NCBI GenBank assembly: GCA_046484865.1 | Contig: JAWOID010000007.1 | Coordinates: 1-55,304 of the forward strand | Length of the DNA stretch: 55,304 nucleotides | Direction: 5' to 3' | Source of the DNA: Candidatus Krumholzibacteriia bacterium | GTDB lineage: Bacteria > Krumholzibacteriota > Krumholzibacteriia > LZORAL124-64-63 | Part shown: positions 20,285-30,986 of the stretch, one piece after another | Layout of the letters: every line of letters starts with the position of its first letter | Position numbering within the stretch: position 1 is the stretch's first letter | Made by a program: the position numbers and the translations under genes | Notes under the pieces: model-generated | What the model saw: only the letters and a program-made list of their open reading frames with translations | What the model was told of the DNA's origin: nothing | Databases searched by the model: none

Positions 20285-22732
20285 ATGAACGACCGTTTCA
20301 CGCAACGCGTGCGCAAGGTCCTGTTCCTGGCCAGGGACGAGGCCGGTCGTCTGCAGCACGACTACATCGGGACCGAGCATCTGCTGCTGGGGATCATCCG
20401 CGAAGGCGAGGGCATCGCAGCCAACGTGCTGCGGCGTCTGAACATAGACTTCGAGCGCATTCAGAAGGCCATCGAGGAATCCGTCACTCCGCAGAGCGGG
20501 CCCGTGAGCATCGGCGAGATCCCCTTCACGCCTCGTGCGAAGAAGGTGCTCGAGCTGTCGATCGACGAGGCCCGCATGCACAACCACAACTACGTGGGCA
20601 CCGAGCACTTGCTGCTCGCCCTCATCCGCGAAGGCGAGGGGGTGGCTGCGCGCGTCCTGGCGGAGCTGGGAGCCGATCACGAGCGCGTGAAGCGCGAGGT
20701 CATGAAGGCCCTCGGCGCCAGCGGCGCCCGTCCCGGAACGGCGGTGAAGAAGAAGGAGAAGAAGGAGAACCCGGTTCTCGAGCAGTTCGGTCGCAACATG
20801 ACGCAGATGGCGCGGGAGGGCAAGCTCGACCCCACCATCGGCCGCGACAAGGAGATCGAGCGGGTCATCCAGATCCTCAGCCGGCGCAAGAAGAACAACC
20901 CGGTGCTCATCGGCGAGCCCGGCGTGGGCAAGACGGCGATCGTGGAGGGCTTCGCCACGCGCATCGTGGAGAGCCAGGTGCCGGCGTTGCTCAAGGACAA
21001 GGAGATCATCACCCTGGATCTGGCCAGCGTGGTGGCGGGGACGAAATATCGCGGCCAGTTCGAGGAGCGGCTCAAGCAGATCATGGCGGAGATCCGGGAG
21101 AACACGGACGTCATCCTGTTCATCGACGAGTTGCACACCATCGTGGGAGCCGGCGGTGCCGAGGGGGCGATCGATGCCTCCAACATGCTGAAGCCGGCGC
21201 TGAGCCGGGGCGAGATCCAGTGCATCGGCGCCACCACCCTCGACGAGTACCGCAAGTTCATCGAGAAGGACGGGGCGCTCGAGCGGCGCTTCCAGCCGAT
21301 CATGGTCAACCCTCCCAGCGAGGAGCAGACCATCGAGATCCTCATGGGTCTGCGCGACAAGTACGAGGCGCACCACCGGGTGGAATACGAGGACTCGGCG
21401 CTGAAGGCCGCCGTCTGGCTGTCGAACCGCTACATCTCCGGCCGATCGCTCCCGGACAAGGCGATCGACATCATCGACGAGTCGGGCAGCCGTGCGCGCC
21501 TGAGCGCCACCGAGGTGCCGCCGGACGTGCGCGACATCGAGGCCCGCATCGAGGAGTGCGTCAAGGAGAAGGAGAGCTGCATCCAGGCGCAGGAGTTCGA
21601 GAAGGCGGCGGCCTTCCGGGACGAGGAGAAGGAACTGCGCCAGAAGCTGCTCGAGATGAAGCGGAGCTGGTCCGAGGAGAAGACCGACCGCAAGGTCATG
21701 GTCGACCAGCGGCTGGTGTGCCAGGTCATCGCGGACATCACCGGCATTCCGGTCACCGACGTCGAGGAGGAAGAGACCAAGAAGCTGCTGCGCATGGAGG
21801 ACGAGCTGCGGTACTGGATCATCGGGCAGGAGGTCGCCCTCGAGGCGGTGTCCAAGTCCATCCGGCGCAACCGCGCGGGCCTGCGTGACCCGAAGCGGCC
21901 CATCGGCTCGTTCATCTTCCTCGGCCCGACGGGCGTGGGCAAGACCGAGGTTGCGCGCCGGCTGACGGAGTTCCTCTTCGGCGACCAGTCGGCCCTCATC
22001 CGTGTCGACATGTCCGAGTACATGGAAAAGCACTCGGTGAGCCGTCTGGTCGGCGCGCCTCCGGGCTACGTGGGCTACGACGAGGGCGGCATGCTCACCG
22101 AGAAGGTGCGGCGCAAGCCGTACTCGGTGATCCTGCTGGACGAGATCGAGAAAGCACACCCGGACGTGTTCAACATCCTCCTGCAGGTGCTCGAGGACGG
22201 CAACCTGACCGATTCGTTCGGCCGTACGGTCGACTTCCGTAACACGGTGCTGATCATGACCAGCAACGTGGGCAGCCGGCGGACGGGCAGTTCTCGCGGC
22301 GTCGGCTTCGGCTCCGAGGAGGACAACCACGAGGCGCAGCGCGTCCAGGCCAACATCCACCAGGACCTGAAGAAGACGTTCAGTCCCGAGTTCCTCAACC
22401 GCATCGACGAGCTGGTGACGTTCCGGGCCCTGGATCGCGACGACATCAAGCAGATCGTCGACATCCTGCTCAGGGACGTCAGCCTGCGACTGAAGAACCT
22501 CGACATCGAGTTCGACTTCACGCCCGAGAGCAAGGATCTGCTCTGCACCGTCGGCTACGACCCCGAGCGGGGCGCGCGGCCGCTGCGGCGGGCCATCCAG
22601 CGCTACCTCGAGGATCCGCTCAGCGAGAAGCTGCTGCGCGGCGAGGTGACCAACAACGTGCGCCTGGTGATCGGCGTGGAGGGGAACAAGCTCTCCTTCA
22701 CCTCCCACCCCAAGGAGAGTGCGCGCGTCTAG
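20285..22732 (+). CDS. clpC: ATP-dependent Clp protease ATPase ClpC
   Basis: Two Clp_N repeats (GTEHLLL), [12 protein letters not shown]-domain, [12 protein letters not shown] ClpP-docking loop, 815 aa. Confidence 0.97.
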   Translation: MNDRFTQRVRKVLFLARDEAGRLQHDYIGTEHLLLGIIREGEGIAANVLRRLNIDFERIQKAIEESVTPQSGPVSIGEIPFTPRAKKVLELSIDEARMHNHNYVGTEHLLLALIREGEGVAARVLAELGADHERVKREVMKALGASGARPGTAVKKKEKKENPVLEQFGRNMTQMAREGKLDPTIGRDKEIERVIQILSRRKKNNPVLIGEPGVGKTAIVEGFATRIVESQVPALLKDKEIITLDLASVVAGTKYRGQFEERLKQIMAEIRENTDVILFIDELHTIVGAGGAEGAIDASNMLKPALSRGEIQCIGATTLDEYRKFIEKDGALERRFQPIMVNPPSEEQTIEILMGLRDKYEAHHRVEYEDSALKAAVWLSNRYISGRSLPDKAIDIIDESGSRARLSATEVPPDVRDIEARIEECVKEKESCIQAQEFEKAAAFRDEEKELRQKLLEMKRSWSEEKTDRKVMVDQRLVCQVIADITGIPVTDVEEEETKKLLRMEDELRYWIIGQEVALEAVSKSIRRNRAGLRDPKRPIGSFIFLGPTGVGKTEVARRLTEFLFGDQSALIRVDMSEYMEKHSVSRLVGAPPGYVGYDEGGMLTEKVRRKPYSVILLDEIEKAHPDVFNILLQVLEDGNLTDSFGRTVDFRNTVLIMTSNVGSRRTGSSRGVGFGSEEDNHEAQRVQANIHQDLKKTFSPEFLNRIDELVTFRALDRDDIKQIVDILLRDVSLRLKNLDIEFDFTPESKDLLCTVGYDPERGARPLRRAIQRYLEDPLSEKLLRGEVTNNVRLVIGVEGNKLSFTSHPKESARV

Positions 22733-22757
22733 TTTGGAGAGTGCGCGCGTCTGGTTT
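22714..22757 (+). repeat. 22-bp tandem duplication spanning the clpC stop codon
   Basis: ggagagtgcgcgcgtctagttt / ggagagtgcgcgcgtctggttt, one mismatch. Confidence 0.9.
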
Positions 22758-22889
22758 CTACCCGGGACAATCGTGTCCGCCTCCGATCCGATCCGGGGGC
22801 GGACACTCTTCAATGGCACCAGACGGGTGCACGACCCGAGAGCCTGTCGGTTCCCCGCAAGCCCATTCTCCAACCCACGACGAACCGGT

Positions 22890-22917
22890 TTGACGGAACG
22901 GCGCCCGGTCCTATCTT
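22890..22917 (+). promoter_or_regulatory. Candidate distal sigma70 promoter upstream of bamA
   Basis: TTGACG-N16-TATCTT. Confidence 0.45.
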
Positions 22918-23047
22918 TCGCTGCGACATCGACCCCGCAGCGCCGAGGCGCGGCGGCGCCGGGCACACCCCGCGGCCGCTGCCCGCGGGGCGGCCATCGG
23001 GGAAACTCCCATGGTATGGGAACCTCGCTGCAGGCCTGACGTTCTGA

Positions 23048-23076
23048 TTGTCGATCCCGCAACTCGGTGCTAGCAT
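23048..23076 (+). promoter_or_regulatory. Candidate proximal sigma70 promoter for bamA
   Basis: TTGTCG-N17-TAGCAT with an extended -10 TG. Confidence 0.5.
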
Positions 23077-23123
23077 GCCGGCCGCGTGAGATCCGCAAAC
23101 CCACACGGAGAGCGCCCGATCTC

Positions 23124-25586
23124 GTGAAGAAACTCCTGCCACGCTCGCTGCTGGTCTCCTGCCTGCTGATCGCGTTCGCCGCCGTGTCTCCGGCGCAGGA
23201 GACGGGAGCCGACACGCCGGTCGCGGAGGAGACCCCGGCGGCGGGGGCGCCGTCGCAGACACCCGACACCGTCTCGCCTGAGGCCGCGGCACAGGACACG
23301 GTTCCGCCCGCGGCTGCCGCCGAGAGCGCTGCGACGACGCCTCCGCCGGCGGCGGCCGGGCCGGTGGTCCAGGAGATCCAGGTCGTCGGCGAGCAGACGG
23401 TGGGTCTGCAGCAGGTGCTGGCCTGGTCCGGGTTCGAGACGGGCCGTCCGCTCAGCGAGGAACAGGTGGCCCGGGGCATCCGGCGCCTCTTCGCCACCAA
23501 GAAGTTCTCCGACGTCTTCGTGTACCGGCAGGATGTCCCCGGCGGCATCCGGCTGGTGATCAATCTGCGCGAGTTTCCGCGCATCCGCTCCATCTCGTTC
23601 GAGGGCAACCGGAAGATCAAGTCGGACAAGCTCCGCGAGACGTTCCCGGTCAACATGGGTCAGTTCGCCAACCCCGCCGCCATTCGCCGCGACCTGCAGC
23701 CGCTGCGCGAGCTCTACTGGGAGAAGGGCTACTACAACGTGGCCCTGGAGACCGAGGCGCGGGTGGACCAGAACAACCTCCAGGATCTCGTCGTCACCGT
23801 GGACGAGGGCGAGAAGGTGAAGGTCAAGAGCATCCGCTTCGAGGGCACGGACGAGCTCGACCCCGACAAGCTGCGCGACGCGATGCAGCAGGGCACCACG
23901 GGGTTCCTCAAGAGCGGCACCTTCAAGAAGCAGGAGTTCGAGGCGGACCGCGAACGCATCGTCCAGCGCGCCCGCGACCACGGCTTCCTGGATTTCTCGA
24001 TCACGGACGTGGATCTGGGATTCCGCGAGAGCGGCGACGAGCTGGACATCGTCATCCTGGTGGCAGAAGGCCCGCGGTATCGGGTCGGCGAGGTGACGTG
24101 GTCCGGCAACACGGTGTTCGGCGACCTGCGTATCGCGGACGAGATCATGCTGGCGCACGGCGACGTCTTCGGCGAGAACGACTACCTGACGACGATCGAC
24201 CGCATCCAGCAGCTCTACGCCAATCAGGGGTACATCTACGTCAACGTCACCCCGACCCGCGAGATCCGCGAGCAGACGGTGAACGTCTCCTTCCAGATCG
24301 TGGAGGGCGAGCCGGCGCAGGTGCACGACGTGCAGGTGGTCGGCAACGTCAAGACGCACGACAACGTCATCCTGCGCGAGATGCGGCTCTTCCCGGGCGA
24401 CACCTTCAGCAGCTCCGGCATCATGGCCACCCAGCGCGACATCTTCCAGCTCGGTTACTTCGAGGACGTGCAGCCAGACTTCCAGCCGGTGGGCGACGGC
24501 GCCGACATCGACATCATCTACCGGGTGAAGGAGCGGCAGACCGGGCAGTTCATGTTCGGGGCCGCCTACAGCGCCCAGACCTCGCTGAGCGGCTTCATCC
24601 AGGTGGCCGAGACGAATTTCCGCGGCAAGGGTCAGAACGTCTCGCTGAGCTGGCAGTTCGGATCGCGGCGCCGCTACGTCGACCTGAGCTTCACCGAGCC
24701 CTGGTTCCTGGGCACGCCGACCCTGGCGGGCGTGGATCTCTTCGACCGCTTCCAGTACAACTTCGACGACTTCTACGAGAGCCGGATCCGCGGGTTCGCC
24801 CTGCGCACCGGTCGTCGGATCCCGGGCACCCGTTTCAGCCGGATAGGGTTGCGTTACGAGCTCTCGGAGACGCGTCTGTCGAACTTCAGCGGTGCGTACG
24901 TCCGCTACCTGGACAGCCTGGAGAGTTCGCTGGGCACCAGCGACCTGCCGTTCGAGCGCCTCGACCGGGTCGACTGGCCGCGCACCAAGAGCGCCTTGCG
25001 TCTCAGCCTCCAGCGCAACTCCACGGACAACCCGTTCTTCCCCACCACCGGTTCCAAGACCCTCTACACCGTGGAACTGGCGGGCGGGCCGCTGGGCGGG
25101 GAGATCGACTTCCAGGAACACCTGCTCAGCCACTCGTTCTACCAGCGGCTGCCGGCGGGATTCACCCTGCACCTGCGCGGCTACACCGGGTTGATCCTGG
25201 GACTGAAGGATCCGGATTCCGTGCCGGACTACGAGAAGTACCGGCTGGGCGGCAACCGCCTCTTCCCGCTGCGCGGCTACAAGGACCTCGAGGTGGTGCC
25301 GAGGGGCAACCCCGGCTTCATCGGCGGCCGCTTTTTCACGATCTTCAATTCCGAGCTTCTCTACGCGGTGACGCCGTCCGTCCACCTGCTGACGTTCCTC
25401 GACATGGGCGACGCCTGGAACGGCTTCGGCGAGGCGGACTTCGCCAACATGCGCAAGGGCGCCGGCTTCGGCGTGCGGGTGGAGGTGCCCATGATGGGCA
25501 CCATCGGGTTCGACTACGGTTACGGCTTCGATCGCCTCGGCGGCGGCGCCTGGGAACCCCACTTCAACATCGGGACTTTCTTCTAG
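23124..25586 (+). CDS. bamA: Outer membrane protein assembly factor BamA
   Basis: Signal peptide, POTRA repeats (GNVKTHDNVILRE, LGYFEDV), NFRGKGQ, FTEPW, LRGY, terminal Phe. Confidence 0.96.
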   Translation: MKKLLPRSLLVSCLLIAFAAVSPAQETGADTPVAEETPAAGAPSQTPDTVSPEAAAQDTVPPAAAAESAATTPPPAAAGPVVQEIQVVGEQTVGLQQVLAWSGFETGRPLSEEQVARGIRRLFATKKFSDVFVYRQDVPGGIRLVINLREFPRIRSISFEGNRKIKSDKLRETFPVNMGQFANPAAIRRDLQPLRELYWEKGYYNVALETEARVDQNNLQDLVVTVDEGEKVKVKSIRFEGTDELDPDKLRDAMQQGTTGFLKSGTFKKQEFEADRERIVQRARDHGFLDFSITDVDLGFRESGDELDIVILVAEGPRYRVGEVTWSGNTVFGDLRIADEIMLAHGDVFGENDYLTTIDRIQQLYANQGYIYVNVTPTREIREQTVNVSFQIVEGEPAQVHDVQVVGNVKTHDNVILREMRLFPGDTFSSSGIMATQRDIFQLGYFEDVQPDFQPVGDGADIDIIYRVKERQTGQFMFGAAYSAQTSLSGFIQVAETNFRGKGQNVSLSWQFGSRRRYVDLSFTEPWFLGTPTLAGVDLFDRFQYNFDDFYESRIRGFALRTGRRIPGTRFSRIGLRYELSETRLSNFSGAYVRYLDSLESSLGTSDLPFERLDRVDWPRTKSALRLSLQRNSTDNPFFPTTGSKTLYTVELAGGPLGGEIDFQEHLLSHSFYQRLPAGFTLHLRGYTGLILGLKDPDSVPDYEKYRLGGNRLFPLRGYKDLEVVPRGNPGFIGGRFFTIFNSELLYAVTPSVHLLTFLDMGDAWNGFGEADFANMRKGAGFGVRVEVPMMGTIGFDYGYGFDRLGGGAWEPHFNIGTFF

Positions 25587-25661
25587 GTCGCTGAAGGTCC
25601 GCCCGGGACGGATCCGGTGCGGTCGGCCCAGGCCCCGACAGGGGCGGAAAGGAACGCAAAC

Positions 25662-26207
25662 ATGCGGCACCATCCGACGCTCGCGCGCGGAACGGTCGTG
25701 GTCCTGGTAGCTCTCACGGGCCTGCTGCTCGCTCCGCTCGGTGCCACGGCGGCCGACCGGCCGTTCGGGGTCATCGACTCCCAGCGCATCGTGGCGGAGT
25801 ACGACGCCGCCCGTGACGCCCAGGAACAGTACCAGAAGTTCCTGCAGGACCTCGAGAAGGAGGTCGCCGACCGCGAGCGCGAATTGCAGCGCATGGCCGA
25901 GGAGATCGAGAGCCAGAAGCTGCTGCTGGGCGAGGAGGCCCTGCGAGCGCGGCTGCAGGACTTCGAGAAGCAGCGGGGCAGCTACTTCCAGTTTCGCGAA
26001 CAGGTCGAGGAACGGGCGGAGCAGGAGTACAAGGCCAAGATCGACCCCATCATCCGTCAGGTGAAGACCATCGCCGAACGTATCGGCAAGGAAGAGGGGT
26101 ACGGCATCGTGATCGACTCGGCCGCGCTCACGGTGCTCTATCTCGACCCGGACGTGGACCTCACCAACCAGGTCCTGTCCGCGCTCGCGCGGGGCGCGGA
26201 GGACTGA
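25662..26207 (+). CDS. skp: OmpH/Skp periplasmic chaperone
   Basis: Signal peptide, GVIDSQRI, coiled coil, VLY..PDVDLT; between bamA and lpxD. Confidence 0.92.
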   Translation: MRHHPTLARGTVVVLVALTGLLLAPLGATAADRPFGVIDSQRIVAEYDAARDAQEQYQKFLQDLEKEVADRERELQRMAEEIESQKLLLGEEALRARLQDFEKQRGSYFQFREQVEERAEQEYKAKIDPIIRQVKTIAERIGKEEGYGIVIDSAALTVLYLDPDVDLTNQVLSALARGAED

Positions 26208-26343
26208 CCGGCAGATGCGCGAGCCGCAGGACCCACGGATCTCCCTCGATCGCCCGGCGAGCGCGACCCGCTGCCGGTCTCCGCAGGGTCGGGGGAGGGC
26301 CCGGGGGAGAGTCCGACGGGGCCCGCCACCGGTTGATTTTCCA

Positions 26344-26374
26344 TTGACAGGTGAGAAGGCGCCGCCGAGATTAT
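26344..26374 (+). promoter_or_regulatory. Candidate sigma70 promoter for the lpx genes
   Basis: Perfect TTGACA in an AT-richer patch; weak -10 (GAGATT at 17 nt or GATTAT at 19 nt spacing). Confidence 0.4.
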
Positions 26375-26520
26375 ACGCAACTCGTTCATCGCGCTTTCCT
26401 TAGCCCCCACTCGACCGGACGCCGACGCGCGTCGGGTGGAGCGGGGGCGGTTCCTTGGTGCGGATGAATCGCCTGGTCGGCGCCCGCCCCGCGCAGGAGT
26501 GGCGGTGAAGCGAGAGGGGA

Positions 26521-27618
26521 ATGGTGGACGGCATCAGATTGAGCGAACTCGCGCGCACCGTGGGCCTTGCTCACGAGAGCGACGAGGATCCGCTGATCAC
26601 CGGGGCGTCCGGCCTGGACGGCGCGGTGTCCGGCACCATCATCTTCGTGACCGAGAGGCGCTGGTTGCCGCGCCTGGCGAGTTCCCCCGCCGCCGCGGTG
26701 ATCCTGCCCCCGGGCTGGCCATCGCCGATACCTGCGCTTCGCGCCGTGGATCCACGGGCGGCCTTCGCGCGGGTTCTCGAGCACTTCGCGCCGCCGCGCG
26801 AGCGGGTGTTCCCGCCGGGGCGGCACCCGACAGCGGTGGTCGATCCCGCTGCCGACGTCCATGTCACGGCGGCCCTGGGGCCGTACGTGGTGATCGGACC
26901 GGGAGCGCGGGTGGGCGCCGGCAGTGTGCTGGGGCCGCACGTGGTGGTGGAGGCGGACGCGGCCGTGGGCGAGGGTTGTGTCCTGCATGCCCGTGTGATC
27001 GTGCGCGAGCGCTGCCTGCTCGGGGACCGCATCACCGTGCATCCCGGCGCGGTGATCGGCTCCGACGGGTTCGGGTTCGTCGACGAACTGGGTGGCAAGC
27101 GCAAGATCCCGCAGATCGGTATCGTGATCGTGGGCGATGACGTTGAGATCGGCGCCAACGTCTGCATCGATCGCGCGCAGACCGGCCGCACGGTGATCGG
27201 CCGCGGGACGAAGATCGACAACCTGGTGCAGATCGGGCATAACGTCGTCGTGGGCGAGAACTGCGCCCTGAGCGCCCAGATCGGGATCTCCGGCAGCTGT
27301 CGTATCGGCGACGGCGTGGTCATGGGCGGGCAGGCCGGCGTGGCCGACCACCGCCTGGTGGGCAGCGGCGCGCGGGTGGCCGGCAAGGCCGGGGTGCACC
27401 GCGACGTCGCACCGGGACAGGCGGTCCTCGGCTTCTTCGCCCGCGACGCCCGCGAGTACCGGCGCATCGAGGGTGCCCTGGGCAGGTTGCCGGATCTCGT
27501 GCGCCGCGTGCGTGAACTCGAGTCCGCCGTCGGCGGTGCCGTCCCCGGCGGTACTGCCGGGCAGGCCGATGCCGGCACTGCCGGTACTGCCGGCGCTGCG
27601 GGCGAGGAGGACGTCTGA
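26521..27618 (+). CDS. lpxD: UDP-3-O-acylglucosamine N-acyltransferase
   Basis: Hexapeptide repeats, [28 protein letters not shown]. Confidence 0.96.
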   Translation: MVDGIRLSELARTVGLAHESDEDPLITGASGLDGAVSGTIIFVTERRWLPRLASSPAAAVILPPGWPSPIPALRAVDPRAAFARVLEHFAPPRERVFPPGRHPTAVVDPAADVHVTAALGPYVVIGPGARVGAGSVLGPHVVVEADAAVGEGCVLHARVIVRERCLLGDRITVHPGAVIGSDGFGFVDELGGKRKIPQIGIVIVGDDVEIGANVCIDRAQTGRTVIGRGTKIDNLVQIGHNVVVGENCALSAQIGISGSCRIGDGVVMGGQAGVADHRLVGSGARVAGKAGVHRDVAPGQAVLGFFARDAREYRRIEGALGRLPDLVRRVRELESAVGGAVPGGTAGQADAGTAGTAGAAGEEDV

Positions 27619-27619
27619 G

Positions 27620-28927
27620 GTGCTCTGGCTCCAGAAGACCGTGGCGTCCACCGCCAGCCTCGAAGGGGTCGGCCTGCACACCGGCGCGAAGAGCCGGCTG
27701 ACCCTGGTTCCCGCCCCCCCGAATACCGGCCTCGTGTTCCGCGTGGTGCACGGCGGGGGACGCGTCGAGATCCCGGCCCTGGTGGAGTTCGCCGTGGCGG
27801 AGGACCGCCGCAGCACGATGCTGGTGCGCGACGGAGCTTCCGTCCGCACCGTGGAGCACGTGCTGGCCAGCCTCGTTGGCGCCGGCGTGACCAACTGCTA
27901 CCTGGACCTCGACGGCCCCGAGCCGCCGGTCGTGGGCTGCGGGAGCGGCTTGCCGTATCTGGAACTGATCGACCGCGCGGGGCTGCTCGATCAGGGCCTG
28001 CCGAACACCTACTACAAGATTCCCCAGGAAACGCGGCTGCGGTCGGGTCAGGTGGAGATCTCGGCGGTTCCCGACGACGCCTTCCGCCTCAGCTTCCACG
28101 TCGAGTACGACGATCCGCTGATCGGCATGCAGGAAGCCGGCTACCGCATCCGCCCGCGGACCTTCCGCAGCGAGATCGCCCCCGCCCGGACCTTCGTGAT
28201 GCGCAGCGACGTCGACGGTCTACGCCGGTCCGGACTGGCGCAGGGCGGCAGTCTCGAGAACGCCCTCGTCTTCGAGGGCGGTCGGCTGGCGGAAGGGCAG
28301 GAGCTGCGCTTCCGTGACGAGCCCGTGCGGCACAAGATCCTGGATCTGCTCGGCGACCTCGCGCTGCTGGGCATGCCCATCCAGGGGCACGTGCGGGCGG
28401 TCCGCTCGGGGCATCGCCTGAACGTGGAGTTCGTGCGCCGGCTCGCCGCGAGCGAGCGCCGCATGGCGCGGATCTACCCGCCGCGGGCGCCCGGGCACTG
28501 GGACATCTCGACGGTCATGGAGATCATGCCCCACCGCTTCCCCTTCCTGCTCGTGGATCGGATCATCGAGCTGGAATCGGGACGGCGGGTGGTCGGACTG
28601 AAGAATGTCACCATCAACGAGCCCTTCTTCCACGGCCACTTCCCCGGGCATCCCATCATGCCCGCGGTGCTGATCGTGGAGGCCATGGCGCAGACCGGCG
28701 GGGTGCTGCTCCTGAGCAGCGTCGAGGACCCGGACGGAAAGCTCGTGTATTTCAGCGGGATCGATCAGGCGCGTTTCCGCCGCCCGGTCGTGCCCGGCGA
28801 CCAGCTTCGCCTGGAACTGGAACTGGTCAAGTTGCGCGGAACCCTCTGCAAGATGAAGGGCGCCGCCTACGTCGGCGACGAGAAGGTCGCCGAGGCGGAT
28901 CTGATGTCCAGCATGGTGGATCGCTGA
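27620..28927 (+). CDS. lpxC: Bifunctional LpxC/FabZ
   Basis: GVGLHTG, TVEHVLA, IAPARTF, RHKILDLLGD, SGH, then PHRFPFLLVD, FHGHFP, VEAMAQ; GTG after GAGGAGG. Confidence 0.95.
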   Translation: MLWLQKTVASTASLEGVGLHTGAKSRLTLVPAPPNTGLVFRVVHGGGRVEIPALVEFAVAEDRRSTMLVRDGASVRTVEHVLASLVGAGVTNCYLDLDGPEPPVVGCGSGLPYLELIDRAGLLDQGLPNTYYKIPQETRLRSGQVEISAVPDDAFRLSFHVEYDDPLIGMQEAGYRIRPRTFRSEIAPARTFVMRSDVDGLRRSGLAQGGSLENALVFEGGRLAEGQELRFRDEPVRHKILDLLGDLALLGMPIQGHVRAVRSGHRLNVEFVRRLAASERRMARIYPPRAPGHWDISTVMEIMPHRFPFLLVDRIIELESGRRVVGLKNVTINEPFFHGHFPGHPIMPAVLIVEAMAQTGGVLLLSSVEDPDGKLVYFSGIDQARFRRPVVPGDQLRLELELVKLRGTLCKMKGAAYVGDEKVAEADLMSSMVDR

Positions 28928-28951
28928 TCCGCGCTTTCAGGAGGAGACAGC

Positions 28952-29773
28952 TTGGAGCCCATCAAGTTCAACAAGGCCGCCGGTCCGCGTCCCCTGCGCG
29001 AGGCGGAGATCCATCCCACCGCGGTGGTCAGCCCCGAGGCGCGCCTCGGACACAACGTGCGGATCGGTCCGCACTCGGTGATCGGTCCGCACGTCGTGAT
29101 CGGGCCCGACTGCGTCGTCGCGTCCTCGGTGCTCATCGAGGGTCGCACCATCATCGGCCGGGGCAACCAGTTCTTCCACGGTGCGGCGGTGGGTAGCGTG
29201 CCGCAGGACCTCAAGTACGCCGACGAGGAGAGCTACGTCGAGATCGGCGACCACAACGTGTTCCGCGAGTACTGCACGGTGCACCTGGCGACGGGCGAGG
29301 GAGAGAAGACCCGCATCGGCGACGACAACCTGCTGATGGCCTACGTGCACATCGCGCACAATTGCCACATCCACGACCAGACGATCATCGCGAACGCGGT
29401 GAACCTGGCCGGACACGTTGAGGTGGAGGACCATGCCATCATCGGCGGCATGACCCCGGTGCATCAGTTCGTGCGCATCGGTTCGTACGCCTTCGTCGGC
29501 GGCGGCAGCCGGTTGCCCCAGGACGTGCCGCCGTTCGTGAAGGTGGCCGGCAACCCGGTGCAACTGGCCGGCATCAACAGCATCGGGCTGAAGCGACACG
29601 GTTTTCCCGACGAGGAACTGCTCAACATCAAGAAGGCCTACCGCCTGCTCTACCGTTCCGGACTGAACGTGAGCCAGGCGCTCGAGCGGATCGCGTCCGA
29701 CTGCAAGCTGTCGCGCAACATCGAGGACCTGATGGCGTTCATCCGGCGCTCCGAGCGCGGCATCGTCCGCTAG
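28952..29773 (+). CDS. lpxA: UDP-N-acetylglucosamine acyltransferase
   Basis: IHPTAVV, PQDLKY, HIAHNC, LAGHV, VHQF, QDVPP; TTG start after AGGAGG. Confidence 0.96.
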   Translation: MEPIKFNKAAGPRPLREAEIHPTAVVSPEARLGHNVRIGPHSVIGPHVVIGPDCVVASSVLIEGRTIIGRGNQFFHGAAVGSVPQDLKYADEESYVEIGDHNVFREYCTVHLATGEGEKTRIGDDNLLMAYVHIAHNCHIHDQTIIANAVNLAGHVEVEDHAIIGGMTPVHQFVRIGSYAFVGGGSRLPQDVPPFVKVAGNPVQLAGINSIGLKRHGFPDEELLNIKKAYRLLYRSGLNVSQALERIASDCKLSRNIEDLMAFIRRSERGIVR

Positions 29774-29812
29774 CCGCTGCCGGCGATCACGGCGACCAGG
29801 AGCCTGCCCAGC

Positions 29813-30982
29813 ATGAGGACGGCACCGCGCCGCCACGTCTTCCTGTCCTGCGGCGAGGCGAGCGGGGACCGCTACGGAGCGGCCCTGCTCTCTGCGCTGC
29901 GCGAGCGCGATCCCTACGTGCGCTGCACGGCGCTGGGCGGCAGCGCGCTGGCGGCGGCCGGCGCGGAGATCGTGCAGTCGAGCGCGGATCTGGCGGTGAT
30001 GGGGTTCGGCGGCGTCGTGGGCGCCCTGCCCGCGATCCTGCGGGCTCGCCGGCGGATCTGGCGCCACCTGGCCGACGGCGGCGTGGACCTGGTCGTTCCC
30101 ATCGACTTCCCCGGCTTCAATCTGCGCGTGGCCCGGCGAGCCCGGAAGCTCGGCCTGCCCGTCTTCTACCTGGTGCCGCCCCAGCTCTGGGCCTGGGGAG
30201 CGTGGCGGATCGGCGGCCTGCGGCGGAGCGTGGACCGGCTCGGCACCATCCTGCCCTTCGAGGCCGACTGGTTCGCCGAGCGGGGCGTGGACGTCTTCCC
30301 GATGGGCCATCCCCTCGTGGAGGACTACGGCGGCTGGGACCTGGACGGGACGATCATGGCCCGGGAGCAGCGTTTCGCATCGGAGGAGCCGCTGACGTTG
30401 CTGCTCCTGCCGGGCAGCCGCCGCCAGGAGGCGGCACGGCTGGCGTCGATCCTGAAGGTATCCGCCAGCATCGTGGCGGCGGGGCTCGGGCGCCGGTCGT
30501 TGCGGGTGGTGGTCAGCCGCGCGCCGGGAATGGACGGCGCGCTGTTGCGGGATGCGGTCGGGGCGGGGGTGGATATCCGCCGCGAGCCGCTACCGGTGCT
30601 GCTCAAGGGGGCCGATCTGGCGCTCGTCTGCTCCGGGACGGCCAGCCTGGAGGCGGCGCTGGCGGGCGTGCCGCACGACATCGTGTACCGGACCGGCGCG
30701 CTCGACTATGCCCTGGCACGGCGGCTGGTCCGGGTCGACCGCTTCGGGCTGGCGAACCTGATCCTCGGGGAGGACCTCGTGCCGGAGCACCTGCAGGAAG
30801 AGGTGGCCCCGGTGCCCCTCGCCCGTTCGCTCCAGCGCTGGGTGCACGACGCCGGAGAACGGCGGCGTTTCTACGCCGGCGTGCGGCGACTGCGCGAGGC
30901 ATGCGGCCCGCCGGGCGTGTGGTCGCGCACGGCGGAGGCGCTGCTCGATCACCTCGACCGGCAGCGGGCCGCACGGAGGTGA
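29813..30982 (+). CDS. lpxB: Lipid A disaccharide synthase
   Basis: GEASGD, IDFPGFN, PQLWAW, ILPFE, GHPL, LPGSR, SGTASLE. Confidence 0.95.
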   Translation: MRTAPRRHVFLSCGEASGDRYGAALLSALRERDPYVRCTALGGSALAAAGAEIVQSSADLAVMGFGGVVGALPAILRARRRIWRHLADGGVDLVVPIDFPGFNLRVARRARKLGLPVFYLVPPQLWAWGAWRIGGLRRSVDRLGTILPFEADWFAERGVDVFPMGHPLVEDYGGWDLDGTIMAREQRFASEEPLTLLLLPGSRRQEAARLASILKVSASIVAAGLGRRSLRVVVSRAPGMDGALLRDAVGAGVDIRREPLPVLLKGADLALVCSGTASLEAALAGVPHDIVYRTGALDYALARRLVRVDRFGLANLILGEDLVPEHLQEEVAPVPLARSLQRWVHDAGERRRFYAGVRRLREACGPPGVWSRTAEALLDHLDRQRAARR

Positions 30983-30986
30983 AGCG

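Noticed and set aside
20240..25673. Long minus-strand ORFs (1138 aa, 867 aa) and the many similar overlapping ORFs across the window
   Set aside because: Shadow frames of clpC, bamA and other genes, expected at very high GC; no recognisable motifs
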